NCBI GenBank assembly: GCA_012295275.1
Contig: CM022670.1
Span: forward strand, 33,294,001-33,358,000
From: Chrysomallon squamiferum
Lineage: Eukaryota; Animalia; Mollusca
Direction of reading: 5' to 3'
Length of the DNA stretch: 64,000 bases
Of this stretch, positions 28,831 through 41,945 are shown one piece after another (position 1 is the first letter of the stretch; each line of letters begins with the position of its first letter). The notes beneath the pieces are model-generated. The model had not been told where the DNA came from, did not search any database, and saw only the letters and a program-made list of their open reading frames with translations. Position numbers and translations under genes: made by a program.

Positions 28831-30396
28831 TTTTTAAACAGTATTTAAAAAAGAAAAATCTATATTCATATATTGATAAAAATCGGAAAACATGCTGCAT
28901 ATGGCAACAGCTGGTGTTCAATACAAATGTAGATCCAACTTGTAAGATAAAAACATAAATCAAACAGTGTGTCCTGTTGCACAGCTTTTTAATTTGTTGA
29001 TTTATTCAGCATGAACAGTCCCACTTCCTGAACTTGTGCATATACAGCAGCTACATGATTGGAATGTTATGAAGAATTCATTTAAGGTTTGGATAGATAA
29101 TCATTATCAATGGATCATTCCTTGATTTTGTTTCTGTTCGATTGCTAGACTGCAGACACTGGGATGAGTTTTCTGCTTGGAGTCACAAGCTATTTAGATC
29201 AGTTTCTCAGCATTTCTCATGTGTTGTTCTTATCAGCATTGATAATTTTGATGGACAGTCTTTCAGCTGCAAGATGGCCAGCAATCTGACATTTGGTGTG
29301 GATGATGATGTTTAAAGGCAGATTAATTATTCTTAGTTTGTGTCCATGTGGAATGACAGGTCACACTTTTGACTGAGCTAATTTTGTATTTATCATCTGA
29401 TTTCCTTTCACGAGCCTGGATTGTGTCATCTTCTACAGGATTTAACCCTTTTTCTTTAATATTATATGATATAGAATGTTGTAAAATGAGATAGAGTATA
29501 GTGAAGTGGGATAGAATACAGTGAAATAAGATAAAGTATAGTGAAAATGAGAGTAGAGAGAAATAAGATATATAATAGTGAAACGTTACAGTATTTTAAT
29601 GTGATTTTGGTGAAATAATAATACAAATAAATTTTAAATTTAAAAAAAAATTATAATGAAATTCATAGCATAAAATATATTATTTCTTATGAGTTAGTTA
29701 AGTTTAATATATACCTTTCAAAATACTAGCTTTAATTGTAAGATCATCAGTTGTTGTTATATGTGATAATATTGATTTAATACAAAAAATCAAATCAGAT
29801 TTTTACTAAGTATGTTATTTGGCTGATGTATTCTTTTTTGGATTAAACACAACTGAATATAAATATAAAGTATATTTTATCAGTAATCTGTTGATAGTAA
29901 CAGAATACAAATGTTTTCTGTCACCGCAGTTATATTAATAACAACATTTTTACACAGTTATTGTAAGACTGCTTTGGAATATTGCTGTTTTGTAAACTGA
30001 TAAAACCGGTATCTTAGGAACTGTATCTTCAATATAGAACATAACCTAGTAACATTACTTTTACAATTTTCTTCTTTATAAAAACAAATCTCAAATGTTC
30101 TAAAATTTGTAATTTACTTTGAGCAGTGTAATCTGTGCTTGGAGAATGGTAGTCAGTTGATTAAATTAGGAATGCTCATTTAGAATGGAAAATTTCCATC
30201 TGCCTGGCAACTGCTTAAGGAAGCACTGTTGGTCCATAGTTTAAATGAAGCTAATGTGATCAGATGTTCTAATTCACTTAATTTTACTGCTTCCTTTCTT
30301 TTGGCCTCAAGCACTTAAACCTTTCCATCCATTAATTAACATTTATGTGTAACGTTTCTTTTTTATTTATGATTTATTGCTTTTTGCAGTTATAAA

Positions 30397-30427
<31 letters not shown>

Positions 30428-31295
30428 ATTATTGAACATACTCATAATTCAAAAAAAAAAAAAAATTCTTTTACAATTTTTGTCCATGGCTTTTCCAACA
30501 TGTATGAGAATTTATTGATACTTGGCATGCTGATGAGAATTTGATTTAACTGATTCTTAATATGCCAGTTGAGTCCAGTCTTGATGTCTGGATTTTGCTG
30601 AAGAAGGTTCTCTGAATTGGGTCTATAAGAGTTGATTTCTCACAGTGCAAAGCAGACCATTTACTTGGTTGTCTGCTAGAATGGAGGACTTTTTGATTGG
30701 CTCTACTCCATTGAAATTTGACCTTCTTTAATGGATTATCCATAAAATTTCCTTCCATGTCATCAAATTGATTTTTCGAGTTACAGATAAATATTTCTTA
30801 CAAATTTTCAGTGTATATATCTTTTTTTTTATCTATCTTCTTTAGCTTCTATATTAACTTTTGGCTTACTGCAATTTTTATCAGATAATAGGAAAAACAA
30901 AAATGTCATAGGCGGTGATTGTTCATCATTGGATCAGCATGAATAACTTGCGTGGCATTGATTGTGTTTGAAAATCAAACATTGCTGGAGGGAATCCCAA
31001 CACTTTAGGAGGCTGTGTGTCTGTCACTAAATGTAACTAACTAGAACCAGTGCATTGACCGACAATGTCTCTTGATCTCTTCTGCCTTGTGTACAGTGCA
31101 ACAGATTGGCACTACAGCAATTGGACAGCATCTGTGTTCCAAGAACTACTAAAAAGAGAAAAAGAAAATAATAAAATAATAAAAAAAGAATTTAAGAGTC
31201 TCATAGGCTGACACGTGACTTAACAAATGTGATTTGAAACTGTCAGTGATTACTGTTTGTAAAGATGGCTGCTAGCATGGGAAACATGAAAATAA

Positions 31296-31418
31296 ATGGA
31301 AAGAATTGAAGGATCTTACCAAGATGCTATATGTGGAGCTCTGGTTGCTGCCATGTGTTATATGAAAGTCAGACACGTGACACCACCAAAACCAAAGCCT
31401 ATATGCAAGGCAGAACCG
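31296..31418 (+). CDS. Putative alternative first coding exon of the MPDZ/PATJ-like gene (joins PDZ2 exon)
   Basis: TAA-ATG, then 41 open codons MERIEGSYQDAICGALVAAMCYMKVRHVTPPKPKPICKAEP ending at donor CCG|gtatga in phase 0, matching exon 36584; no acceptor or polypyrimidine tract in front. Confidence 0.5.
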
Positions 31419-34400
31419 GTATGAGCATATATTAGTTGTTTTGTTTTATTTCTTTACCTAATAAATAACTCTTTACCATTACCATATTACTAAATCAAAT
31501 ATTTGCAGTGTAATAGTTAAATGCTATTTATTTATTTATAATGTTTATTTATTTATTTTTAATCCAAAATTGTAGTTGTATGAACTAAGTTTAATTCATA
31601 ATCAAAAGCAAATAGAAAAATTAAAGTAAAAATTCATTAGTTTGATATATAACAAATCATATACACAAGATAGTTTAGTTACATATTTTAGTTCAGTTAG
31701 ATTTTCAAACACATTTACCCTACAGAACTCTTCATGAAAATTTTGTTTGTAATGTAGTAATTGTGATATAGCAAATCTGCAAATAGTAATGCATGTTTGA
31801 TATATTATAATTATCATAAATCAAATTTTATCCTTAATTTAATTGTCATATTTAGCTCATAATCCAAACTGTCTGTGGGGGAGAGAAAAATCAGATTGCA
31901 ATCAAACACCTCTCCAGATTTCTGTGATTCAATTAGGTCTTTATTTATTGGTTTTACTAGATAATGATATGTAAATAGAAAAATGCCATTAGGCCACAAT
32001 TCAAGGTCAGCTAAAATAGAATCTAGAATTTGACTAGATGTTGACCAAGTTGGTTTAATCATAACATATTTTTCTATATCTTAAAAACCCCACTAATTAA
32101 TTACTACAGATTTAGAAGTATATTTTAGGATTATTAATACATTAGTGATATTTAAAACATTGTGGATATTTTCTTTATAATGATGTGTGTTCCACTGTGT
32201 GAATAACAGATAGTTGTATTTACAAATGTTCTTGTCACAGTACACTCATGCAGATGTGATGTAAATATTGTTGAGTATTTTATTTTTTTCTTATATCAAT
32301 AACTTACATTTAAATTTTAAAAAATTATTTATTTATTTTTGTAATAAATGATTATTGGTATTAAAATCAGCTTTTCTGAAAATTTATCTTTAAATATTAA
32401 ACAACTGATCAAATCCCTTTATAAATAAATACTTTAATAACTAATTTGGGTAAATTATTTTGTTTTTGTTGACCCTCAATGCATAAAATCATATATAGAT
32501 GTAGTAAAACTAGTATATTAAATCACTGGGATTTATTTTATTATTATTATTATTATTATTATTTTGGCTATTTCAGTTATGCTGACACTGAAAGTATGAA
32601 ATTAAATATACATGTATATGTAATTTATATTAATAAAAAAAAATTATATTTTTATATTTGTTCATACTGTTTAAAATATTTGTTAAAATAAATCAAGCCA
32701 TTCATTTTATATAGACTATCACCATTAACATCTTTAAAAAAAAAAAATTCTTAATTTTAATAAAAATCTGTTTGTTTTTTAATCTGGAATTGTTTGAGTA
32801 ATAAAAGAAAATAAAAGAATCTAAGAAACAAAAAAAAAAAAAAAAAAACCCCAAAACAACAACAATTTTTTTTTTTTTTAAATGAGCTTTCTGATCCAAC
32901 TAGAATTCAGCCAATATATCATGTCTGTATGATAAGATATTGATATAAAATATCATACTTTTTTCAGCATTTGAAATAAAATCATATTAAACACATCTAA
33001 TCCTTTCCAGAAAAAAGCCTGATTTCAAATTAAACTAGAAGTATTTTAGGTTTTTTACTTTTTTTCCCCTTTTTTCCCTTTTTCCTACTTTTTTTTTAAA
33101 CTGTGATATAATATATCAAACAAATGAGCATGAACTGTGAATTATAGTGATGGAATGACATCATATATCAGACTAATATATAAGAGTGGCTACCTCTGTC
33201 ACTGATGAGGTGACAGCCACTGGCTATAAAAAACTGTTATCCTGTCCTCATAAATGCTCTACAAATCAAGCTTTTAGTGACATTTTTTAAAGTCTGAAAT
33301 AATGGCATCTGAAATTTGTCTCCTGGGATAAAGTACAGTCTAGGCTGAAACCAGATTGTAGGAATGGTTGCGTAAATGAAGTCATCGAAGAGAATCGTAA
33401 AAGCAAATCTCATGAAATCTCTTCCAGTATTTATTGCCCTGACTTGGCAAGGATGGTATGGTGGCAGGAAATTATTTGTGATTAAAACATCAAACTTGCA
33501 AATTGTTTTTTATGCTTAGCTGGCTTGATCACATTTTGCAGTTTACCAGCGCAGATTTGGTTTGGGAGTAATGAAAAACATGGATTACTTTTGTGGCTTC
33601 TTTGCTTACACTTGATTGAACTGCTGTTTTAGACGACACTAAAAGCTGGTCATGCATGATTGTGTTGCATGTTTGCATATGTCTGTGGATGACTTGCTGC
33701 TGTTTGTGAGTTTTTATTACTGTGTAATTAGAAAAGTAATTTAAAGCATGAAATATTGTGAGCCTAGCACTTTTTTTATTTTGTTTCTTTTTATTATTAT
33801 AAAATCTATAAAACCATAGACAAAAAAATTTCAATTTGGTTTACATCATTGAGTCTTGACACAAGACTGAAAATGGTTAGTGGAAGTTTGTTATTTTTGA
33901 ATTGAACTATAATGTTGTTAAAAGATGTTTGGTAATGTACTGGGCAAACTTTTCATTTAAAAATCTCTTTTCCTTTTTTCCTCTTTGCATTATCATTATT
34001 TTAATAAAATACATTTGTAAACTGACTAAATAAACAGTTTTATCAATGTGGTTAATTCAGATAAACATGTATAGTTGTATATTCAGTATAATTCAGAAAA
34101 ATGGGAACATTCCAGTACTTTGATGTTATTTTGTCATACTGTATAATGATGGTAAACATGCACTTTTTGATATGCAGATATTCCTGGACATAAAATATCT
34201 GTTTCAGTGTTTGTCATTTTGATTCATTTAGTTAAATATTTATATATAATTTGCAAAATTATTCTGTGCTGGATGAGTCAAATTACCTGTTATTAACAGT
34301 ACACTCGTTGTGATGAATCATTTTGATTTATAATAATGATAATTATTGTCTTTACTTGACATTTTCTTCAATCAAAATGAATACAGAATTTATGTTAAAA

Positions 34401-34547
34401 ATATTTTATTTTATTATTTTTTTTTTTTAACTATTCCATGAGTTTGGGTTGTTTTTTTTGGTTTTGGTTTTCAGAAGTGTTGCATTTTGACATGAATCTC
34501 TAGGTGATTTTATTTTGTTTATTTATAAACATTTATTTATTAGTTAC

Positions 34548-34590
<43 letters not shown>

Positions 34591-35719
34591 GTACTAGTAT
34601 CAGTTTGTTGTTGTTCTTATTTTCAGGTTGTCAAAATTTTAATTTTCTGATAACATAATATTTTATTATAATTTTATTTATTAACTGATTTGTCATTACC
34701 AGATTGTAGTTTCGTATTAGTAGAGCTTTCTATTCATCTAATTCATGTTCATGTTTTATTTTTTTATTTTTTAATTTTTTAATTTGTTATTGTTATTGCA
34801 CATTAATGTAATGTTCTAATATCAAAAAGTGCTTAATTATTATATGTTAAAATAATTTAATTATGTATTCTTTTTAGGAGTACATTTTAATTTTTTTTGT
34901 TCAGTATTGTTGGATGAATCATTTCTGTGATTATAATGCTTTTAGTGATGTATCACATTTAACATGCTTCTATAAACCATTTTACTGCTCATATTTATTT
35001 GCAATGAGTGTGGCATAAGGGACATTGAAGCTGTTAATAAATCCTTTTTAACTGATATAAGATGTAACAGGTCTGACTCCATGGTAACACAGCATTATAA
35101 TAGCCTGTTATAACTGACATCTCTACAAAAATCCCTTGTTACTGCTTTCACGGTACCACACAAATACTGTCATACTCTCCATCCTTAATATCAAACATAC
35201 AGAACTTAATTCACTATAATTCATATTCATTACTCTATCTTCTTCCCTGTCTTGCACAGTAAATATAAGCAATGAAAAAAATTATGGAGACAGAAGACCA
35301 TTTTTAAAGGTCTTTATTTGTTATTAGATGTATATAAATGAATCATAGTCAGCAGCAATGAGATATGAAACCACACTTAAATACACTGAAGTATAAATCT
35401 ATGTAAATCTTACCTAACTACTGTTGTCTGAAACAAAAACAATAACATATCCAGAGACAATGAGTATTGATTTTTGGCTAAAATGACTGAAAGATAGTGA
35501 GTTCTTAAGATATTGTTTACACATTTCCAAATGTCTCATACAATACTATATACAAACTTCTTCATTTTATCATTTTGTGTTGGTCTAAGATAAACATTGC
35601 AAACTATATTTCTCTTTTTAAGATTTGTTCACTGTATTGGTGATTTAGAACTGTATTGGGGTTTGATATACAACACTTTCTAACAGTCCTTATTCAAAAT
35701 TGGCTTAAGCAGATCTTTT

Positions 35720-35875
35720 ATTTTCACCTTCCCACTGACTGGAAAACACCCTCAGCATCTGTTAAGCTAGTGATGAGGCTCTGGTTAGAAACAGCACAAA
35801 GGCTGCGCCAGTAAGGATTGATCCTATAACACATCAAGCTACAGGACAGTTCTCTAACCATTTAACTGCTACCTA
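35720..35875 (-). mobile_element. Degenerate SINE-like repeat remnant
   Basis: caccttcccactgactgga...ctggtt...ggattgatcctataac...ctctaacca pattern resembles the reverse strand of the SINE head and core. Confidence 0.35.
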
Positions 35876-36583
35876 TTCTCATTTTTAGTTTCTATGTTGC
35901 TTGGTTAACTCTGGCTCAAATGATTTTTTTATTCTTCTGTTACTTAATGAAGATGTAAAAGACCTAAGTATTAATGTGCAAGCCTCTGGGGACAGACATC
36001 AACCATCAGATCATTTCCCTTTTGATGCTTTAGGTGTCTGAAATAAAGATAATTAATACATGAAACTCTACTAAAGTGGCCTGTCTTGCAGATATGAATC
36101 TTGAAATAAGGAAATTGCTTCATCTTTCTCTTGAGTTATGGTATAATAATTTTCTGATGTGATTATTAATTGATGGTTTTTGCAGTTTTATAAGTAATTT
36201 CACTATATACTTTTCTTTCTTTTTTTTCTTTTTTTTAATAATACAGCATTGTATATTACTAGTAAACAAATGTAAAAATATCATTGTTCTTATAGATTTA
36301 AAGCAGCATTTCATTTAGATTTTGTTGCAAATAATTTTATTTATTTATTGATAGATGACAAAAGCAAATCCTTACTTCTGTTAAAATTGTATATCTCTGT
36401 CAGTTTTCTTACTTTATTTTCAGCTATTAAAAAAATAGTTTTCCCATTACTAAACAATTTTCATAGATGGAGTATTTTAGATATAATTTAGATTACTTTG
36501 GCAAACTACAGTTAATCTTTGTTCTACTAAATTATTTAAGGATAGCAGCACATTTTTATTAATGTGTGTGATTTTATTTTCAG

Positions 36584-36718
36584 TTGAGTACTGAGTGGAC
36601 ACAAATTGAAGTTATTGACCTAATTAATGATGGCACAGGACTTGGTTTTGGAATCATTGGAGGCCGAAGCACTGGAGTGGTCGTGAAAACCATTCTGCCT
36701 GGTGGTGTGGCTGACTTG
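36584..36718 (+). CDS. MPDZ: MPDZ/PATJ-like exon: N-terminal half of PDZ2 (not in ORF track)
   Basis: attttattttcag| [45 protein letters not shown] |gtatgt; 135 nt, phase 0-0; GLGF carboxylate-binding loop, closely matching Patj/MPDZ PDZ2. Confidence 0.97.
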
Positions 36719-37430
36719 GTATGTAATTTAATTTTTTTCCATCAAAATAAAACCTATTAGTTAATGAAAAAAACAACAAAAAAACATCAGTTTCTTTCTT
36801 TATCACTATATATATTCAGTGCATGTGGAGATATACATTAAAATTATATATATATTGGTTTATTTATTTATTATTTTTTATTTATTTTTTTTTAAATAAA
36901 GGAAATAATAATAATAATAAAATAATGAAATTAAAAAAATAAAACAGTATTGAAAATATTTCATCAAATTAATAATAAATAAATTAAAGGAAGAAAACAA
37001 AATCACATTATTACCAAACATATCTTTTTAGTTATACTGTTACAGCATTTAAGTAAAGGTAAATAAACACTGGCTAGAAAGTATCCAAAGATCTGTTACA
37101 TGCACCCTATTTGATTGTATCAAAATTTCTATATAACCATATTTTGTAATCCAGAAATAATAGAGAACATCCCAGTATATATATTATGTGTTTGTTAAAT
37201 GATGCAAACACGTATAAATCAATAATTTGTGTTTATCTTAGAATCAATGCTGAATTGCTAACTGTATTCAGTCAGGCCATATTTGATTGGCAGCTCTTAT
37301 AACCTTCATGGACACAATTAGTGTCCCCTTGCCCACTGTCCTTCTTGGATAACCACTAAAAATTATTTGTTAAGTCTTCACTAGGTTGTAAAATGTGATT
37401 TCAGTTAATGCAGATTATATTAGTCAATAT

Positions 37431-37433
<3 letters not shown>

Positions 37434-37516
<83 letters not shown>
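37434..37516. repeat. (CT)n microsatellite
   Basis: Seen directly. Confidence 0.97.
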
Positions 37517-37519
<3 letters not shown>

Positions 37520-38871
37520 CATCCATCCATCCATCTACATAACTATTTACATACACATATATATTGGATAAAAAGTGAGTTTGCTTTAAAGAAGGATAAA
37601 CGTAAACTGATTTATCATGATTCACATCATTTTGATAATTTAATGGACAGTGTTTATTGTTGAGTCTTCATTTTTACTGTCATATTATAAATAAAAAAAT
37701 AAATAAAATTTATATATATTTTATATAAATTTGTATACAAACACACATACATGATGCATGCATACATGCATACATAAATACATATATATACATATATACA
37801 TATATACATACATACATACATACATCCATATATATATAGATACATATATAAAAGATAGATATGAACACATAAAGAAAAGCTGGAGGTTCACTCTCAAATT
37901 ATGGTAACAGTTTTCTTCTAATACAAAAGAACGTATGCTTGCCCACAAGAAGTCTTTTTAATGCTTAAAGTCAATACAGCAGTTCAAGAGCAGAAGATTA
38001 TTTTATGCATATTCCTCAAAATGATCAGATTATTATGTACCAAAAGCAGCAATAATAAAAATTAATATCAATAAATTCATGTAGGGGTTTCCTATAACAA
38101 AACCAGCTGATAAAAATAATAACTTTTTTCACTGAATTTTTATTAATCTCCGAAGATCAGTTTTGTCTGTTATGCAAATGGACCAGCCACCAAGTTAATC
38201 ATAAAAGAGATCCTATCTATTTCTTTTTCTTTTTACCCTTTTTCTTTCTACTTCTTATTTTTTATTTTCCTTTTTTCTTTCTCCATCTTTATTTCTTGCT
38301 TTTAATTTTTTTTTTTTTTTTTTTTCATAATTTATTTTTGCTCTTTTGTCATTATTTTTTTCTTTGAACTTCAAAGTAATCATTCTCATTGATAGATTAT
38401 GTGTGCTTGAGGAGAATTAATACTTTTCCCTTCATTTTGTAATGCAATATTTTCTTTGTAAACTCACTTGATAATTAAAAATAAACACATTTTCATGTCA
38501 CTGATGATGGTCTTTGTTCCTGTCTAGATGGAGATGATGTCACTTGATGGGTGGCATTTAACAGTATTACTTTTATCTGGTAACACTGGAAAGAAGTCAG
38601 TTATTAGACACATGTTGGTTTTGAAAACATAATCTGAAAGTAGTTTTTTTTGTTCTTTGTTTTGTATTTTGTTCCATTTTCCAGTGTTTGTTTCTGTTCA
38701 TTTAGTTAAACTTATCAAATGAATAGCGTTATGACAGTAATAACTGAGAGAAATAAAAAGTCATTCAAATATAATAACATTATTTAGGGGATGGGGTAGA
38801 TGGAATTTTTGATTTATTTTCTCTTTCTAGCCTTTTAAAAAAATAAACCAACAAAACAAAAACAAACAAAC

Positions 38872-39032
38872 AAATAAATAAATAAAAAACAACTTTAAAA
38901 ATAAAATAAAATGAAATAAAAAGATCTAAATAATAAAAAATAAACCAACGAAACAAAAAAAACAAATAAATAAATAAAAAACAGTTTTAAAAATAAAATA
39001 AAATGAAATAAAAAGATCTAAATAATAAAAAA
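38872..39032 (+). repeat. AT-rich local duplication
   Basis: tttaaaaataaaataaaatgaaataaaaagatctaaataataaaaaa occurs twice. Confidence 0.85.
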
Positions 39033-40257
39033 TTATTGTTAGTTAAAATTTTATTTAACAGAACTGAAACAAAAAATTTAATGTTGCCATAAAGAAAACA
39101 TATCAAATAGATTAACCTGAAAAAAGATATATTTTATATCCTGTTTTTTTATTATCCATTACCAAGAAAAGAAGTTAAAATTCTGAAACTATAAAACCAG
39201 TTTTGAGTAAATTCTAGACCTTGAACTTTCTAGACCATTAGGAGGTTATTGGTTAACAAGTGAATATTGGACAGTACAAAGGAATGGGTATTTAATTAGA
39301 AATGGGCACAGGCTGTTAGAATTATTGATTATTACATACACCAGTGGCTTCTGATAGTTTTATGTAGTGGGGATGCATGTGTGAAATGTTCTGAAGGTCT
39401 GTCTGAATTTACACATTGAGAAACACATTTTCCTATGGCAGTTCTAATTTTGTTCTTTTTTATTTTTTCCCCCAGTAATATATATTAGTAAAATAACATA
39501 AAAAGATCATTTTAAATTAAGGATTGGATACCTTCAATCCCTTGTTTGTTTTTTATTTTCTGTTTATGAATTTATTTAATTTATTTTTTTAATTTTAATT
39601 TAAATTTTTTTAACATAATTTTTACATTTTTTAAAATTATTTTTTTACATTTTATTTAACAATAAATTAAAAACTTGTATGCAGTATTTATTTTACCGCT
39701 AAAATCATTGGCTATATGGTAAAAACAAAGATTTTAAATATTTGTTTGGGATAATTATAATAATAATAAAAATATTAAATAAATTAAAAAATAAATTAAA
39801 AAAAATAAAGATAAATGAAGAATAAACGATAATAGAAAGAATTAGAAACAAAATATGAATGCACTAAACTAGAAATAAAGCATTATAAATTATACTGTCA
39901 GACTTCTTCAAATACTAGCAACATTCCTTCTGTTTTGGTTCATTATGGAAATGTATACTGTTCTTTCCACAAGTAATAAAACTTTGCCTAATACTTAGAA
40001 TAAATATTTGCAAATAGAACAAAATATGATCCATATTTCTTATTAGATTTGTAGATATTACTGGACTAATATTTCTCTGTAACTACGACAAAAAAAAGGA
40101 TTTCAAAATAAAAAAGAAATATATTATCCTGAACCTTTCATAGATGCTGACGTTTTATTTACATTACTGTTCCTTGCAGTGAAACAGGATTTTAATAGTT
40201 TATTTATAAGCACTTGATTTTAGACATTACTGGTCTAAATATGCACTCTAATTACAG

Positions 40258-40593
40258 GATGGACGCCTGAGAAGTGGAGACCACATCTTGCAGATTTGTG
40301 ATGTGAATGTTAGAGGGATGGGGTCAGAACAAGTGGCCCTGGTGCTGCGTCAGTCTGGCAGTCATGTCCGGCTCATTGTAGCAAGGTCAATCCTGGAGCC
40401 ACCAGCTTACCAGATCCCTAATGCTCCAATAATCCCCACCCACATGCTGGACGACCACCTGGCCCAGATCAATGAGCTGATGATGATGGAGTCGGCAGAA
40501 CACATTGATGTTACCCACCTTACTGAGGAACAGCTAGAACAGTTTCATCCTGGTATTGGGAACATCCTTGCCGGGCAGGTTCAAGTTCATCCG
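40258..40593 (+). CDS. MPDZ: MPDZ/PATJ-like exon: C-terminal half of PDZ2 plus linker
   Basis: ctctaattacag| [43 protein letters not shown]...GQVQVHP |gtgaat, phase 0-0. The 3' end is less certain: a weaker in-frame donor CAG|gttcaa exists at 40578. Confidence 0.92.
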
Positions 40594-40794
40594 GTGAATA
40601 AAATTTCTATAAACATAAATTATTTTGTAGAAGGAGCTGAATTATTGTTATTATAATTATGATGATGATGATGAAGATAAAGATGACTGCTGTAGATGCA
40701 TCATGTTTTTATTTAAATATGTGTCTCGGATAGTTGATATCAGATCAGTTTTATTCCAATATCCTATTAGCAAAGTCATAAACTATTAATAATT

Positions 40795-41055
40795 AAGACA
40801 ATATGTATTCAGTCTAGACTAGACTATTATCAGGGATTAGTATCCACTTAATCTGGACTATCTTTTATCAGAGGTCTCTATCAGCTCAGTCTAGCTGTCT
40901 ATTATCAGCAGCATACATTAATCTAGACAACCTGTATCCTCTCAGTCAAGATTATATCTTATCCTAGGTCAGTATATATGCCTATATGTTAATGGAGGTC
41001 TGTCTAAACTATTTGTTATCAGAGTTTAGTATCCACTCAGTCTTAACTATCTTTA
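40795..41055 (+). repeat. Degenerate minisatellite (about 40-bp unit)
   Basis: Recurrent cagtctagacta...ttatcag...tagtatccact motif. Confidence 0.65.
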
Positions 41056-41154
41056 CAGCTATAGCAATGAATTTTGGATTCAAAATCTATGTTTGACTAA
41101 AAATTATGATACAAAAAATTGAACTCTGTATTTTTATTCTTCTGCCTTTTTCAG

Positions 41155-41275
41155 CAACCAGTAGAAATAGCTAATGAAGTACCAGAGGTTGAGATTTTTG
41201 AAGTCGAACTTCAGAAGGATTCTCAAGGTCTTGGAATAACCATTGCAGGCTATGTAGGAGCAGACAAAGCACCAG
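41155..41275 (+). CDS. MPDZ: MPDZ/PATJ-like exon: start of PDZ3 (not in ORF track)
   Basis: ttctgcctttttcag| QPVEIANEVPEVEIFEVELQKDSQGLGITIAGYVGADKAP+G |gtctgt; 121 nt, phase 0-1; GLGITIAGY is typical of MPDZ PDZ3. Confidence 0.95.
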
Positions 41276-41720
41276 GTCTGTTAAAAACCAGATAAACAGA
41301 TAAATTAAATTTTTAAAACAGAGCAGAAATCATTAATCTGAATGAAAATGCTTACTAGTTGTGCTCTGAAGTAACCAGATTATCTTAATGATGTTAGAGA
41401 AAATTGTGTTTGGTTCTCAGTAATGTGATTAATTCCTGTCTTCATGCTTGTACAAAGACAACCCTTGAGAATATCTGTGTAGTTTTACTTTAGCTAGAAG
41501 TGGAAGTGTTTTATTTTAAGACTAAATAGTAAAATTTAACATCCGTTTCCTCTGTGTGTGTTTGTGTGTGTGTGCGTGCATGCATGTGCATGTTGTGTAC
41601 AATATTTTAATTGCAAAAGAAAAAAATTATCCCTATTTCATTTGAATAGAAAAATGATTTTATGTTAATTGACTTTTGACTAACCTCTTTCTTTTTTGTG
41701 CTCACATGATTACATTTCAG

Positions 41721-41768
41721 TTCCCCAAACCCCTCACCCAGCCATGTTTATATATGATCATTTTTCCG
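41721..41768 (+). CDS. Putative 48-nt cassette exon within PDZ3
   Basis: Branch point tgactaac (41677-41684), pyrimidine tract, first downstream AG at 41719-41720; open in phase 1-1, (V)PQTPHPAMFIYDHFS; weak donor CCG|gtacct. Confidence 0.4.
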
Positions 41769-41853
41769 GTACCTTTTATTGATTTTGTTAGTTGTGATGT
41801 TACAAAGCTCTGAACTGAACATTAAAAAGTGATTGTTTCAAACTTTATTTCAG

Positions 41854-41945
41854 ATGAGATATCTGGTATATTTGTGAAGGGAATAGCCCCTGAGAGTGCT
41901 GTTGCAGTGGATGGAAGAGTCCATATCAATGATCAGATTGTTGAG
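41854..41945 (+). CDS. MPDZ: MPDZ/PATJ-like exon: middle of PDZ3 (not in ORF track)
   Basis: ctttatttcag| (D)EISGIFVKGIAPESAVAVDGRVHINDQIVE |gtaaga; 92 nt, phase 1-0. Confidence 0.96.

Noticed and set aside
28590-28958. 122-aa ORF with poly-Tyr
   Set aside because: Read-through of a (TAT)n microsatellite.
34600-34650. Strong acceptor-like ttcttattttcag|gttgtc
   Set aside because: The phase-0 frame closes after 7 codons and no donor follows.
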